From a virus (taxonomy: Duplodnaviria > Caudoviricetes), in the IMG/VR virus record IMGVR_UViG_3300025084_000172, positions 1 through 27,165 of that record: a DNA stretch of 27,165 nt; one strand, given 5' to 3'. The notes below the pieces were generated by a model that was given only the letters and a program-made list of their open reading frames with translations, ran no database searches and was not told where the DNA came from. The translations under genes were made by a program, and so were the position numbers. Positions 7,035-15,148 of the stretch are shown one piece after another (within the stretch, counting starts at the first letter, position 1; each line of letters opens with the position of its first letter).

Positions 7035-7466
7035 TCATTTCGCGCCCCCTTCCCAGCTGATGCCCTTGTATGATTGAACCCAGTCGCGCGTCATGTTGGC
7101 TACAATGAGCCGCACGTCCTCGATGCGTGGGTGAATGCCTCGTCCTGCCTCGATGGCTGTCTCGATAGCCTCCTCTAGGCTGTCATGGCGCTTCCAGCAA
7201 GTCCACTTTGTGGAGCGTAACCGCCCTGTGTCGGTCTCGTTGTATTCTCTGGCGGTCTTGAATACCTCAGATGATATTTCACCGAGTCTTTCGTTTACGC
7301 CTACTTCCCAAAGAACTAGACGGTCTTTTTTTATGTGTGCTGCCATCTCATACCATTCGATATGGTCGTCGTGTTCGATCTCGTCGTAGTTTGCCCAGCA
7401 TCGGTCTGATGCTTTTTCTAGCGCGTCAAATGCTGCGCTCATTGCTTCTTGTTCGTGGTTGTTCAT
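7035..7466 (-). CDS. Hypothetical early protein
   Basis: 143-aa ORF with an A/C-rich leader, on the same strand as the operon. Confidence 0.7.
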   Translation of the reverse strand: MNNHEQEAMSAAFDALEKASDRCWANYDEIEHDDHIEWYEMAAHIKKDRLVLWEVGVNERLGEISSEVFKTAREYNETDTGRLRSTKWTCWKRHDSLEEAIETAIEAGRGIHPRIEDVRLIVANMTRDWVQSYKGISWEGGAK

Positions 7467-7486
7467 AGTGTTGATTATGTTGGTGT

Positions 7487-7702
7487 TTAGTCGTTTTCTG
7501 GTGTTGCGCAGTGGTAGTCGTTGCCCGTCTGGGCTTGGACCTCAAGGTTGATGCCGTAGCAGTCAAGGATATTCTTGATGACGTCGAAGCATTCAAGATC
7601 CGGCGCCAGGTCGGATATGTATGTGATGTCTTGGAACCCGTCAAGGCTAATAATGTTATGCCCTGCTTGGTGGCTGGCTGTAATGGTAATGGTTTTTTTC
7701 AT
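7487..7702 (-). CDS. Hypothetical early protein, paralog of 7723..7977
   Basis: ASH..G.N..S / I.Y.S..AP.LE.F / GI...Q.Q.G..YH shared with the neighbour. Confidence 0.7.
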   Translation of the reverse strand: MKKTITITASHQAGHNIISLDGFQDITYISDLAPDLECFDVIKNILDCYGINLEVQAQTGNDYHCATPEND

Positions 7703-7722
7703 TGGTTTTTAGTGTTGGTGGT

Positions 7723-7977
7723 TTAGTGAATGATTACTCCGTGGTAGTGAGTCCCGTCTTGCCCTTGAATGTCTGCCTCGATTCCGTGTTTCTCCATTGC
7801 GTTCTCCAGCGTGCAAAACGATTCCAGCACGGGCGCGGTTTGTGAGGGATAGGATATAGTCCGAACCTCTAGCGGTTGATCATCGCCGTCGTATGCTTGG
7901 ATTGATAGGGTGTTTTCCCCGTCATTGTGTGATGCTCGGACAGAGAAAGATGCGTCTTGTTTTTGGTATAGTTTCAT
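7723..7977 (-). CDS. Hypothetical early protein, paralog of 7487..7702
   Basis: Same motifs; first gene after the promoter at 8023-8052. Confidence 0.7.
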   Translation of the reverse strand: MKLYQKQDASFSVRASHNDGENTLSIQAYDGDDQPLEVRTISYPSQTAPVLESFCTLENAMEKHGIEADIQGQDGTHYHGVIIH

Positions 7978-8022
7978 TGTTTTTAGTGTTTCGGCTTGGG
8001 CTTATTCCCTCGCGCTGAGAAG

Positions 8023-8106
8023 ATAATGCACACAAACGCTCAAAAGCGTCAACACTTTCTGACACTTTTTTTCACTTTTTTTTCAAACCCTTGTAAAATA
8101 AGGGAT
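8023..8106 (-). promoter_or_regulatory. Putative early promoter (TTGACG-N18-CATTAT) with phased A-tracts and an upstream dyad
   Basis: Homologous to 2921-3006; CACTTT at 8053, 8063 and 8073; dyad CCCTT-N7-AAGGG at 8088-8104. Confidence 0.65.
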
Positions 8107-8115
8107 TGCGGGCGG

Positions 8116-8388
8116 TTAACTTAGCCCGCCTTGGAGTATAACACTCGAAATAGTGGTCAATATTAGACCTACAACCAACCACATGAGCCGAATGATATTG
8201 CGATTTGTTCGCGTGTTTTCTCTTACTTGAGGGACAATCTTGTCGTGTGACATTCGTATTGCTTTCACCTCTTTAACTGTCTGATGTATCTGCACCATCA
8301 ATGATTTATCTGGTTCACCAATAGCCCCGAAAAGGACATCGTGTGCTCTCTCAATCTTCTTTTCCATGTCTGTTGTCATTTTAGCCAC
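8116..8388 (-). CDS. Membrane protein with a C-terminal TM helix, putative holin/lysis accessory
   Basis: Helical N-region then LMWLVVGLILTTISSVIL; directly downstream of the endolysin. Confidence 0.55.
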   Translation of the reverse strand: MAKMTTDMEKKIERAHDVLFGAIGEPDKSLMVQIHQTVKEVKAIRMSHDKIVPQVRENTRTNRNIIRLMWLVVGLILTTISSVILQGGLS

Positions 8389-8392
8389 CCCA

Positions 8393-8989
8393 TTAAATCC
8401 CGTTCAATTTTTCTAGTCTTTCGACTCTTTGTTCTATTGTCAAATCTTGTGAATTTTTGCTGTTCGTGTAATTAGATACAAGATCTAAAAACCAATCTTT
8501 ATCTACCAACTTACCCGGGCACGTCTTGCTCGTCTGCGGGTCGTTTCGGTGAAATTTTATAGATGCGCTTGACGGCTCAAGTCCTCGCTTTTGGAGTATG
8601 ATTGCCGTTGCTTGTGCTGTAGTATGCCAGCACTCCAAGCCTCGCCCGCTTTTCGGGTCTTCGTTGTCGTAGTCTCCTAGTGTCTCAATGCCTATCGAGT
8701 TGCGGTTAAATGACCGCGCATGCACTCCAGGTTTCCAGAGTGAAGACATGCCGAAGATCTGATCCTCGTCTGTGAAAAGGTGCGGACCGCTACGCCATCC
8801 AAGCCCGTTCTTGTAGTAATCTGCAATGTTCCTCATATGCTGGATCGTCCAGCCCTTAGGTCTCTGCGCTAGGTTAGGTGATGCCGTATGATGCACAGTA
8901 ACCGAGCTAATCCAGTTTAGATTAACCGTCTCTATGTATTCCTTGAACGCCTCAGCGTCAAACACACGACCAACTATCTCGAATCCCAT
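8393..8989 (-). CDS. Endolysin, N-acetylmuramoyl-L-alanine amidase (Amidase_2)
   Basis: VTVHHTA, GVHARSFNRNSIGIE and FHRND...KTCPG Zn-binding motifs. Confidence 0.9.
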   Translation of the reverse strand: MGFEIVGRVFDAEAFKEYIETVNLNWISSVTVHHTASPNLAQRPKGWTIQHMRNIADYYKNGLGWRSGPHLFTDEDQIFGMSSLWKPGVHARSFNRNSIGIETLGDYDNEDPKSGRGLECWHTTAQATAIILQKRGLEPSSASIKFHRNDPQTSKTCPGKLVDKDWFLDLVSNYTNSKNSQDLTIEQRVERLEKLNGI

Positions 8990-9007
8990 AATCCGTAAAA
9001 GTTATAT

Positions 9008-9075
9008 TAGCTGGCGGCGCTATGAAGGACCACCACGCCCCGCGAACCGTTGCCGGTAACGCACGCCGCCAGCTA
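9008..9075. other. Intergenic long-range inverted repeat / structured RNA candidate
   Basis: TAGCTGGCGGCG (9008-9019) is the perfect reverse complement of CGCCGCCAGCTA (9064-9075). Confidence 0.7.
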
Positions 9076-9080
9076 GATTT

Positions 9081-9224
9081 TTATTTTTGAGCCTCGATGA
9101 GTGGGAGGAAGATATGCCCGCCGTCTGGTGTGGCTGTGATGCCATCATCAGAAATGCGGATATTCCAACCTGTGCCGCATGATGCGAGCAGTAACGATGC
9201 TGTTGTTATGATAATGAATTTCAT
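9081..9224 (-). CDS. Small lipoprotein (47 aa), o-spanin-like candidate
   Basis: Not in the track: MKFIIITTASLLLASCGTGWNIRISDDGITATPDGGHIFLPLIEAQK*. Lipobox LAS-C; located in the lysis cassette. Confidence 0.75.
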   Translation of the reverse strand: MKFIIITTASLLLASCGTGWNIRISDDGITATPDGGHIFLPLIEAQK

Positions 9225-9230
9225 GGTGTG

Positions 9231-9440
9231 TTATGGTTTGAATGAGTTGTTTCTCTTGCCGTCGTCTAATACGTCTCCGATGACGACTACCACCTCTTTA
9301 AGACCAAGCAGAGCCACGAGGACTGTGCCTGCGATAGTCTGCCAGTTTTCGGGTAGTGCGTCAAGATTAATGGTTGCGCTAATTGTTGACACAATAGCGA
9401 CAGTGCCAACTAAGGCACGTAGTATGTTTGTTTTGTTCAT
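9231..9440 (-). CDS. Putative holin (two TM helices)
   Basis: 69 aa, two hydrophobic segments and a charged C-terminus, upstream of the endolysin. Confidence 0.65.
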   Translation of the reverse strand: MNKTNILRALVGTVAIVSTISATINLDALPENWQTIAGTVLVALLGLKEVVVVIGDVLDDGKRNNSFKP

Positions 9441-9455
9441 TTGTTTTGTTGTTGT

Positions 9456-9944
9456 TTAGATTTCTGATTCGTCTGCTTCTGGAAGGTCGCTAGGGTAGAC
9501 AAGGCTTGCCGTTACTCCGGCAAGTTCACTGATGGTCAAATCGTTGCCCGTATGAGCGTTTGTGCCTACGAATAGCCTGCCGTCTCTGGTCATGATTTCA
9601 TGGTTGTCAAGCGTCCACTCGTTCCATGTTGTCTGAGTCGTAACGCCGTCGTCGTCTGTTGATGTTGCTCCTGGTAATGATGCGTCAACGTAATCGTCCG
9701 CGTTGCTGATCTCAATGAACAGCGGCAAGCTCACACTCTCGCCGTCTTGGTCGAGCAATGCGTCAATTCCCTGCGCCATCTGCAAGCTAATGAATGCCGC
9801 GTCTGGTCGATAGGTGCGGAAGTCACCCTCGATCTTAGGCTTGACGAAAAACTCAGCCTCAAGAGTTAGCGCCTGTATCGGCTCGCTGTATAAAGCCGCC
9901 GAGCTGATTAGTCGGTGGCGATGAAGTTTTATTATTGCGTTCAT
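9456..9944 (-). CDS. Hypothetical protein (possible fibre-associated/assembly protein)
   Basis: 162 aa, acidic, ATGA-coupled to the LamG gene. Confidence 0.65.
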   Translation of the reverse strand: MNAIIKLHRHRLISSAALYSEPIQALTLEAEFFVKPKIEGDFRTYRPDAAFISLQMAQGIDALLDQDGESVSLPLFIEISNADDYVDASLPGATSTDDDGVTTQTTWNEWTLDNHEIMTRDGRLFVGTNAHTGNDLTISELAGVTASLVYPSDLPEADESEI

Positions 9945-11596
9945 TGTGTGTAATTTTGTGCAACCGCTTCATCATTTCCTGTTAAGTCATCTTGGAAGGT
10001 AATCAGCCGGTCGTTCTCGGTCGATGATTTAAGCCGCATAAATGCCGCGTCATTGGTTGCAAAGTCTGCACCAAATTCGATTGCATCAAGGTCTGAATTG
10101 TTGTTCGTTGCTGGTGATGGGTTGCCCCCTTCTGCGATGTTGTATGCGTCAAGCTCAGTCTCTGCGCCGTTGTAGCCGTCTGTAATCGCTGGGTTTTCGC
10201 TGGTCAGCGTGTATCCTGCTGGCACGGTTGGCGATGATATAGCCGCGCCGCTGATGTATGGCACGCGAAGTTTATTGCCTCCGTTCTCGTATAAGCTAAA
10301 CCCGTTGTTGTTATTCAGAGCGTTAGCCTCGCCGTCTATCCTGCCAGCCCAAAAGCCCGCGCCCTCCGTGCCTGTGGATGCGTTGTTGATCGTGCCGTGG
10401 TTGCCGTTTCCGCTGATGTCGTAAACGGTGTCTCCTGCGCCCTCTGCGAGTGGGTATTGCGTGCCGTCTGATAAGATCAAGTTGCTACATGTTCCCGATG
10501 TAAAGTCTATTCTGCCCGCGCTAATTGAAGGCGTAGATGTTCCTTCGCTGCTCGTTACGGTCTCCGAGCCTGTTAAGTGAGCCGCTGATATATAATCATC
10601 AACACCATCAAAGCTCGCCGCGTAGCTGTTTCGATACTCTGGTCTGCGCGGGTAGACACTGCCGCTGTATTGTAGTGGGTTGCCGTCTATGTCTTTTGTC
10701 GGGTCGCTTTCGTCGCGTGGTTTCAGCACTCCGCTGTCATCCGTGTAGCCCTCCAGATTGAGCTTGTCAGCCTCTGGTGGCAACGTGTTATCAACTACAA
10801 ATGCCGCGCCGTTTTGCAGTGTGCCGTCGTTGCCGTTTCCGCTGGAGTCGTAAGCGGTCGTGCCGCTGGCGTGGTTTAGGTTCTGTTGAATCACCACTGT
10901 TCCGTCCGCTAATGATATTTTAAGCCCACATATTTTGCCATCAAAGTGATTGGACTCTCTCACCCCTGAGTCTTTCGCTCTAATGCCGATAGACAGACTC
11001 GCGTTGCTTGCACCTACTGACCTATCTCCTGTTGCCGTTGTAAGTGTCCCACTCCCGTCAGATACCCCATCCAGGAAAAACTCATAATCATCGCCTGAGA
11101 TGACCACTTTTATGTGATACCATGTCGATAAGGATAAACTCGTTGAGCCGAAAACAGCTTGCCTCCCTGTCACGTAATCATCGGTAACACCAAGACCCAC
11201 CTTCCCTGACCCGATGCCGAAGGAAAACGGAATGCCCGTACCCGCCGCTACCCCTATTTGCCGCAGTTCGCAGACTGTCTCGGACATAGTCCAACCAGCA
11301 GGTGCGCCCCCTGCGGAGTCTCGCCATATCCAAGCCTCAATGATGATGTCGTCTGAAAGTGCCTGAAAAGTAGCCGGGACAATCTCATTGTCAAAAATTT
11401 CTATAAAGTCATTCGTGCCATCAAACTCACAAACCTGCCCTTGTTGGACTGGTCGCGCTGATGCTGGAGCATTGCTTGAGACAACAGGTTGCTCCAGCCC
11501 GAACAGGTCAAACGCTTTGGCTTGCTCCTCCGCGTCCGTGAACGTCTGGCAGACCAGATCTTCACCGAGGTAAATCTTCTTTTTGCTGTCTGACAT
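9941..11596 (-). CDS. LamG / concanavalin A-like lectin domain virion protein (putative receptor-binding or appendage)
   Basis: FDGTNDFI, IEAWI, TWYHIKVV, FFLDG, IG, FDGKI and GTTAYDSSGNGNDGTL motifs; a second FDGVDDYI / GDTVYDISGNGNHG pair follows. Confidence 0.8.
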   Translation of the reverse strand: MSDSKKKIYLGEDLVCQTFTDAEEQAKAFDLFGLEQPVVSSNAPASARPVQQGQVCEFDGTNDFIEIFDNEIVPATFQALSDDIIIEAWIWRDSAGGAPAGWTMSETVCELRQIGVAAGTGIPFSFGIGSGKVGLGVTDDYVTGRQAVFGSTSLSLSTWYHIKVVISGDDYEFFLDGVSDGSGTLTTATGDRSVGASNASLSIGIRAKDSGVRESNHFDGKICGLKISLADGTVVIQQNLNHASGTTAYDSSGNGNDGTLQNGAAFVVDNTLPPEADKLNLEGYTDDSGVLKPRDESDPTKDIDGNPLQYSGSVYPRRPEYRNSYAASFDGVDDYISAAHLTGSETVTSSEGTSTPSISAGRIDFTSGTCSNLILSDGTQYPLAEGAGDTVYDISGNGNHGTINNASTGTEGAGFWAGRIDGEANALNNNNGFSLYENGGNKLRVPYISGAAISSPTVPAGYTLTSENPAITDGYNGAETELDAYNIAEGGNPSPATNNNSDLDAIEFGADFATNDAAFMRLKSSTENDRLITFQDDLTGNDEAVAQNYTQ

Positions 11597-12420
11597 TAGT
11601 CTGTGATGATGTAAAGTGTTGATGCTCCCGGTGTGATTGCATCGTATTCTGCTTGCGTGAGTGATATTAGGTTGGTCACTTGATCCGCGCCTGTTACTCC
11701 TGCCGTGTCACTGATAACGCTCTTATCAAGTCTGGTCTTGTCACCGTCAACGAATGCACCTTCTGCAAGGATGCCTTGCTTATCGTCTAGTGCTGTCTGT
11801 GTTGCAGTCGATACTGGTTTGTCTGCGTCTGCCGTGTTGTCTACTGAGTCCAGACCAATTTGTGTAGCCGTTACGCTGTGCGGGTTGCTTGTGTTGCCCG
11901 TGTGTGAAGTTAAATCTGCATCATCTGCCTTGTCGTCAAGCGCTGTCTGTGTAGCTGTCGAGATTGGCTTATTAGCATCGCTTGTGTTGTCTACGTTGCC
12001 AAGTCCAACCTGCGCCGCTGTGACGCTGTGAGGGTTGCTTGTGTTGCTCGTGTGTGAAGTTAAGTCGGAATCGTCTGCTTTGTCATCAAGTGCGGTTTGT
12101 GTAGCTGTCGAGATTGGCTTGTCTGCGTCTGCTGTATTGTCTACCGAGCCTAGACCAATTTGGGTAGCCGTTACGCTGTGCGGATTGCTTGTGTTGCTCG
12201 TGTGTGATGTGTTCGCCGCAATTGCTGCACGCTCTGCCGCGGTTAAGACCTTAGAGTCCGCACCTTCGACCATGTTGTCCATGGCGAAAGCGTCTCCCTC
12301 TACGCTCGTAGGATCGTATGTTGCCGCGAGCATGTCGCCCGCGCCACCACCGCCGCCACCAGTAGTAACGTTGAAGGTTCTGCTGTATCCTTGTTGCGTG
12401 ATTGTGTAGTCTCTAGCCAT
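11596..12420 (-). CDS. Fibre-like virion protein with three 50-aa repeats (start MARDYT)
   Basis: NPHSVTA.Q.GLG.VDNT.DA.KP.STATQTALD x3, GDML...YDP, and C-terminal LTQAEYDAI...TLYII; TAATG coupling at both ends. Confidence 0.8.
   Translation of the reverse strand: MARDYTITQQGYSRTFNVTTGGGGGGAGDMLAATYDPTSVEGDAFAMDNMVEGADSKVLTAAERAAIAANTSHTSNTSNPHSVTATQIGLGSVDNTADADKPISTATQTALDDKADDSDLTSHTSNTSNPHSVTAAQVGLGNVDNTSDANKPISTATQTALDDKADDADLTSHTGNTSNPHSVTATQIGLDSVDNTADADKPVSTATQTALDDKQGILAEGAFVDGDKTRLDKSVISDTAGVTGADQVTNLISLTQAEYDAITPGASTLYIITD
11779..12210 (-). repeat. Coding tandem repeat, 150-bp unit x about 2.9
   Basis: Units start at 12210, 12060 and 11910 (T-S-H codons). Confidence 0.9.
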
Positions 12421-12782
12421 TAGTCTGTGATCTGTGGTAGTATCTGCCAAGTTCCGCAAAATTCTGTCTTCACGTTGCCCGCCGCGTCAGTAGTCTCGAT
12501 ATCGTAGGTGTAAAAACCAGCAGACAGCGATGCCGTCTGAGCCGCTGTGATTGTGTCAATGGTGAAATCCCATGCGCCAGCCGTTCCGTCTGTGATTGTA
12601 ATACCCGATGCGTCAGAGTCTAGCTCTAAAGATGCTGTGGCTACCCCGCTTGCTTTAATCTTTACACGCACACGGGCGCAATCAACCTCCGACGAGGTTT
12701 CTTGTATGCGGATTGATGGGAATGTGTCGCCCTTAGTAACGGGCGTCCAGTCCCATTCTAGCGGTGTTAAATCGAGTTCCAT
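12420..12782 (-). CDS. BppU-N-like virion/baseplate attachment protein
   Basis: KGDTF...GITITDGTAG...ITAAQTASL..G.Y.YDIE......VKT...G...I..QIT pattern. Confidence 0.65.
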   Translation of the reverse strand: MELDLTPLEWDWTPVTKGDTFPSIRIQETSSEVDCARVRVKIKASGVATASLELDSDASGITITDGTAGAWDFTIDTITAAQTASLSAGFYTYDIETTDAAGNVKTEFCGTWQILPQITD

Positions 12783-12783
12783 T

Positions 12784-13290
12784 TTATGAAGTTGCCCCAG
12801 TTGCGATGATTGTAACCTTTTGGCTGGATGCGTCGTTAAAGGTGAAGGTGATGGTATCGCCAGCCAGCGTCTTCCCGTCTGGAATTGTTATGACTGCAAT
12901 TGTCCCGTTGATTGATGCTGTGACGTCTGGCAATGATACATCCGCGCAGGACATAGCAACAACACCAGAGGCGACCTCGTTAAATACAACGTGCAACGCT
13001 GAAACTTTAGCCATAGTTCCGAGTGTTTCGCCCTCAAAATCCTTCCCGTCTCCGTCTGCAATTGACGGCGTTCCTGTGGTCTGGGCAATGATGCCGGTTG
13101 TAAGGTCAAGAGTGGCAACGTCTGTAGCTCCTGTGCTTGTAATGCTTGAGCTAAAAAACACGTCAGCGCCAAGAAGCGCTGCCTGTTCTTGTGTCTTGCC
13201 TAATGTAACCGAGCCGGAAACATTGGTCGACGTGGTAGCACCAGATGCCGTGAGACCAAGAATGGCAGTTGCGTTTGAGATGTTGCCCAT
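12784..13290 (-). CDS. Putative structural protein (Thr/Ala/Gly-rich, beta-rich)
   Basis: 168 aa; preceded by the conserved late motif. Confidence 0.65.
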   Translation of the reverse strand: MGNISNATAILGLTASGATTSTNVSGSVTLGKTQEQAALLGADVFFSSSITSTGATDVATLDLTTGIIAQTTGTPSIADGDGKDFEGETLGTMAKVSALHVVFNEVASGVVAMSCADVSLPDVTASINGTIAVITIPDGKTLAGDTITFTFNDASSQKVTIIATGATS

Positions 13291-13311
13291 GTTTTCTATG
13301 TTGCTTGTATG

Positions 13312-13325
13312 TGTCCGAATGTCAA
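13312..13325 (-). promoter_or_regulatory. Putative late promoter motif TTGACATTCGGACA (copy 1)
   Basis: Exact 14-mer found 4 times; intergenic here. Confidence 0.7.
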
Positions 13326-13341
13326 CTTTTCGCTCGTTGCT

Positions 13342-13791
13342 TCAAGCTGTTTCTAGTGTAAACGAAATTTCCCTATCTCCCACCATTGCAAATTCAACTT
13401 TCATCCCACAAGCCCCCGGCGGGAATTGGTCGCCGACGCTTAAATCGTTTGAATCTAGCGTGTAAGATGTTTCGGTTAATTCCTCGTTCCAGATAGCTTC
13501 TACGTCATTAATGTAAACTGCGACCAATGAAAACGGGTCTATTTCGTCGCCTATTGTAATGCTTATTTTGTCATAACAGCAAATAGTGAAATACAAACTG
13601 CCAACAAAATAATCACCATCACTGACAACCCACGTTGTCACGGTGTTACCCGCGCCATCAGTGCTGATTGTTTCCGTGTATGAGCCTTGGGTGATGTCTG
13701 CCTCGGTCGGAGTCCTGCCACCCAATGATGCAAGGCAACAGTGTTTGCCCGTTGTCAAGATCTTGTCTTTTGGTGAGATTAGATGAGCCAT
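13342..13791 (-). CDS. Hypothetical tail-region protein
   Basis: 149 aa, TAATG-coupled to the upstream gene. Confidence 0.65.
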   Translation of the reverse strand: MAHLISPKDKILTTGKHCCLASLGGRTPTEADITQGSYTETISTDGAGNTVTTWVVSDGDYFVGSLYFTICCYDKISITIGDEIDPFSLVAVYINDVEAIWNEELTETSYTLDSNDLSVGDQFPPGACGMKVEFAMVGDREISFTLETA

Positions 13792-15146
13792 TACATTTTA
13801 ATTATGTTCCAAGTTGTCGGGCTTCCACTAACGCACACGTCAATCTCCTCTATGTCCTTATTAACCCACACAGGAGCAGCGCCGCTGTGCGTTAGGATGT
13901 TCACTGTATCAGCGCCAGGAGCGGCAGGAGAAGCTAAGACCACCCAAGCCACGCCGTTATGGTAGAGCATGTCGCCAGCCGATCCCGTAGGGAGACCATC
14001 GCCGCCCGCGTCTGGTATTTCAACCTTTCCTGAAAACTCTATAACGTCTCCGTTTTTCTCTGGCTTAACATATACATCATAGATTGATGTATCACCAGAT
14101 GCGGTTGTTGATGTTCCTGGGTCTGCGTCTTTGGCTTTTAGTGTCCGCGCTTCGTATTTGCCCGCAGTAAAGTCTTTTATTACATCCTCGCCCGTGCCAA
14201 CGTTTGCCCACGGTCTAGGATTCCAAGGCAGATTACCCGTCCAATCCATTGTCGGTATCATTCGCCCGTCTGTGTCTACGTCGAATTGGCAGACCTTGAA
14301 CCAGTAGTCACCATCTGTGCCGCTCCCGTTTAAAGGCTCTTGAAATTGTGTTGTTGTTTGTGATGATGTTTTTTGAAGGTCTGCATAGCTGGGAGTCCCC
14401 ATGTTGTCAGTCTCAACCTGTAACCAGAACTCGTCGCCGTCTGCCACCGTTACGCCCGCGCTGGTATCCATTGCCGCGCTCTCTATGGTTACATCTACGG
14501 CTGTTCCGTCTTTGTAGTGCAAGACCTGTGCGGGCGTGAATCTGGCTTTAAATACCGATCCGTCATGCCACAGGACAGGATAAAACGGAGCGAACGGAGC
14601 CGCCTTGTCTTGAATGCTTGTCGTGTGGCTGCTTTCTATGTCCTCTGCGACCAGAAGACCGCTCACGGTTGATACAGTCCACGTAGCGAGCTTGTAAACG
14701 TTTTTCCAAGGAGGTTTTGCCTCTGGGTCTGTGTCGCCCTCCTGCTGGACTATGACCTCTAGCGCGTCGCCCGCTGTAGCCGCCACGCCCTCAACCAGAA
14801 ACATTTCCCAGTCTCCAGCCGTTAAGCTCTTTTTGGGTGGTTGCCATGATCCGTCTAGAGGATCTGGATTGATTATCGCCCCACCTTCAAAATGAGGAGT
14901 TGACCACTCGACGCGCCCCATTTCATGACCAGCACCGCCCTTCTTGGTTTCGCTGATTTTGACGTATAGGTTAGAGCCTTCGTTGTATATTATAGGCTCA
15001 AAAGGTGGCGTCTCGTAGACGTTGCCGTGTTCAGTGAAGGTTTCCGGCTTCCCGTTTGCAAGGGAGTTTATAGCCCTAGCTACTCTTTGCTGGTCTTTCG
15101 CTGTGTATGCGTCGCCCTTTTTGCGTGATGGTATGCGAGGAATCAT
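13791..15146 (-). CDS. Putative tail tip/spike protein
   Basis: 451 aa, downstream of the TMP and hub; C-terminal AGDMLYHNGVAW fibre-type motif; internal PF.P..+..GS repeats. Confidence 0.6.
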   Translation of the reverse strand: MIPRIPSRKKGDAYTAKDQQRVARAINSLANGKPETFTEHGNVYETPPFEPIIYNEGSNLYVKISETKKGGAGHEMGRVEWSTPHFEGGAIINPDPLDGSWQPPKKSLTAGDWEMFLVEGVAATAGDALEVIVQQEGDTDPEAKPPWKNVYKLATWTVSTVSGLLVAEDIESSHTTSIQDKAAPFAPFYPVLWHDGSVFKARFTPAQVLHYKDGTAVDVTIESAAMDTSAGVTVADGDEFWLQVETDNMGTPSYADLQKTSSQTTTQFQEPLNGSGTDGDYWFKVCQFDVDTDGRMIPTMDWTGNLPWNPRPWANVGTGEDVIKDFTAGKYEARTLKAKDADPGTSTTASGDTSIYDVYVKPEKNGDVIEFSGKVEIPDAGGDGLPTGSAGDMLYHNGVAWVVLASPAAPGADTVNILTHSGAAPVWVNKDIEEIDVCVSGSPTTWNIIKM

Positions 15147-15148
15147 TT

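Noticed and set aside
11779-12210. CRISPR-like periodic repeats
   Set aside because: In-frame 150-bp coding repeats without unique spacers.
12764-13465. Long + strand ORFs (this 233-aa one and others, e.g. 21134..21592, 9097..9459, 26616..27005)
   Set aside because: Antisense shadows of well-supported minus-strand genes, with no recognisable motifs.
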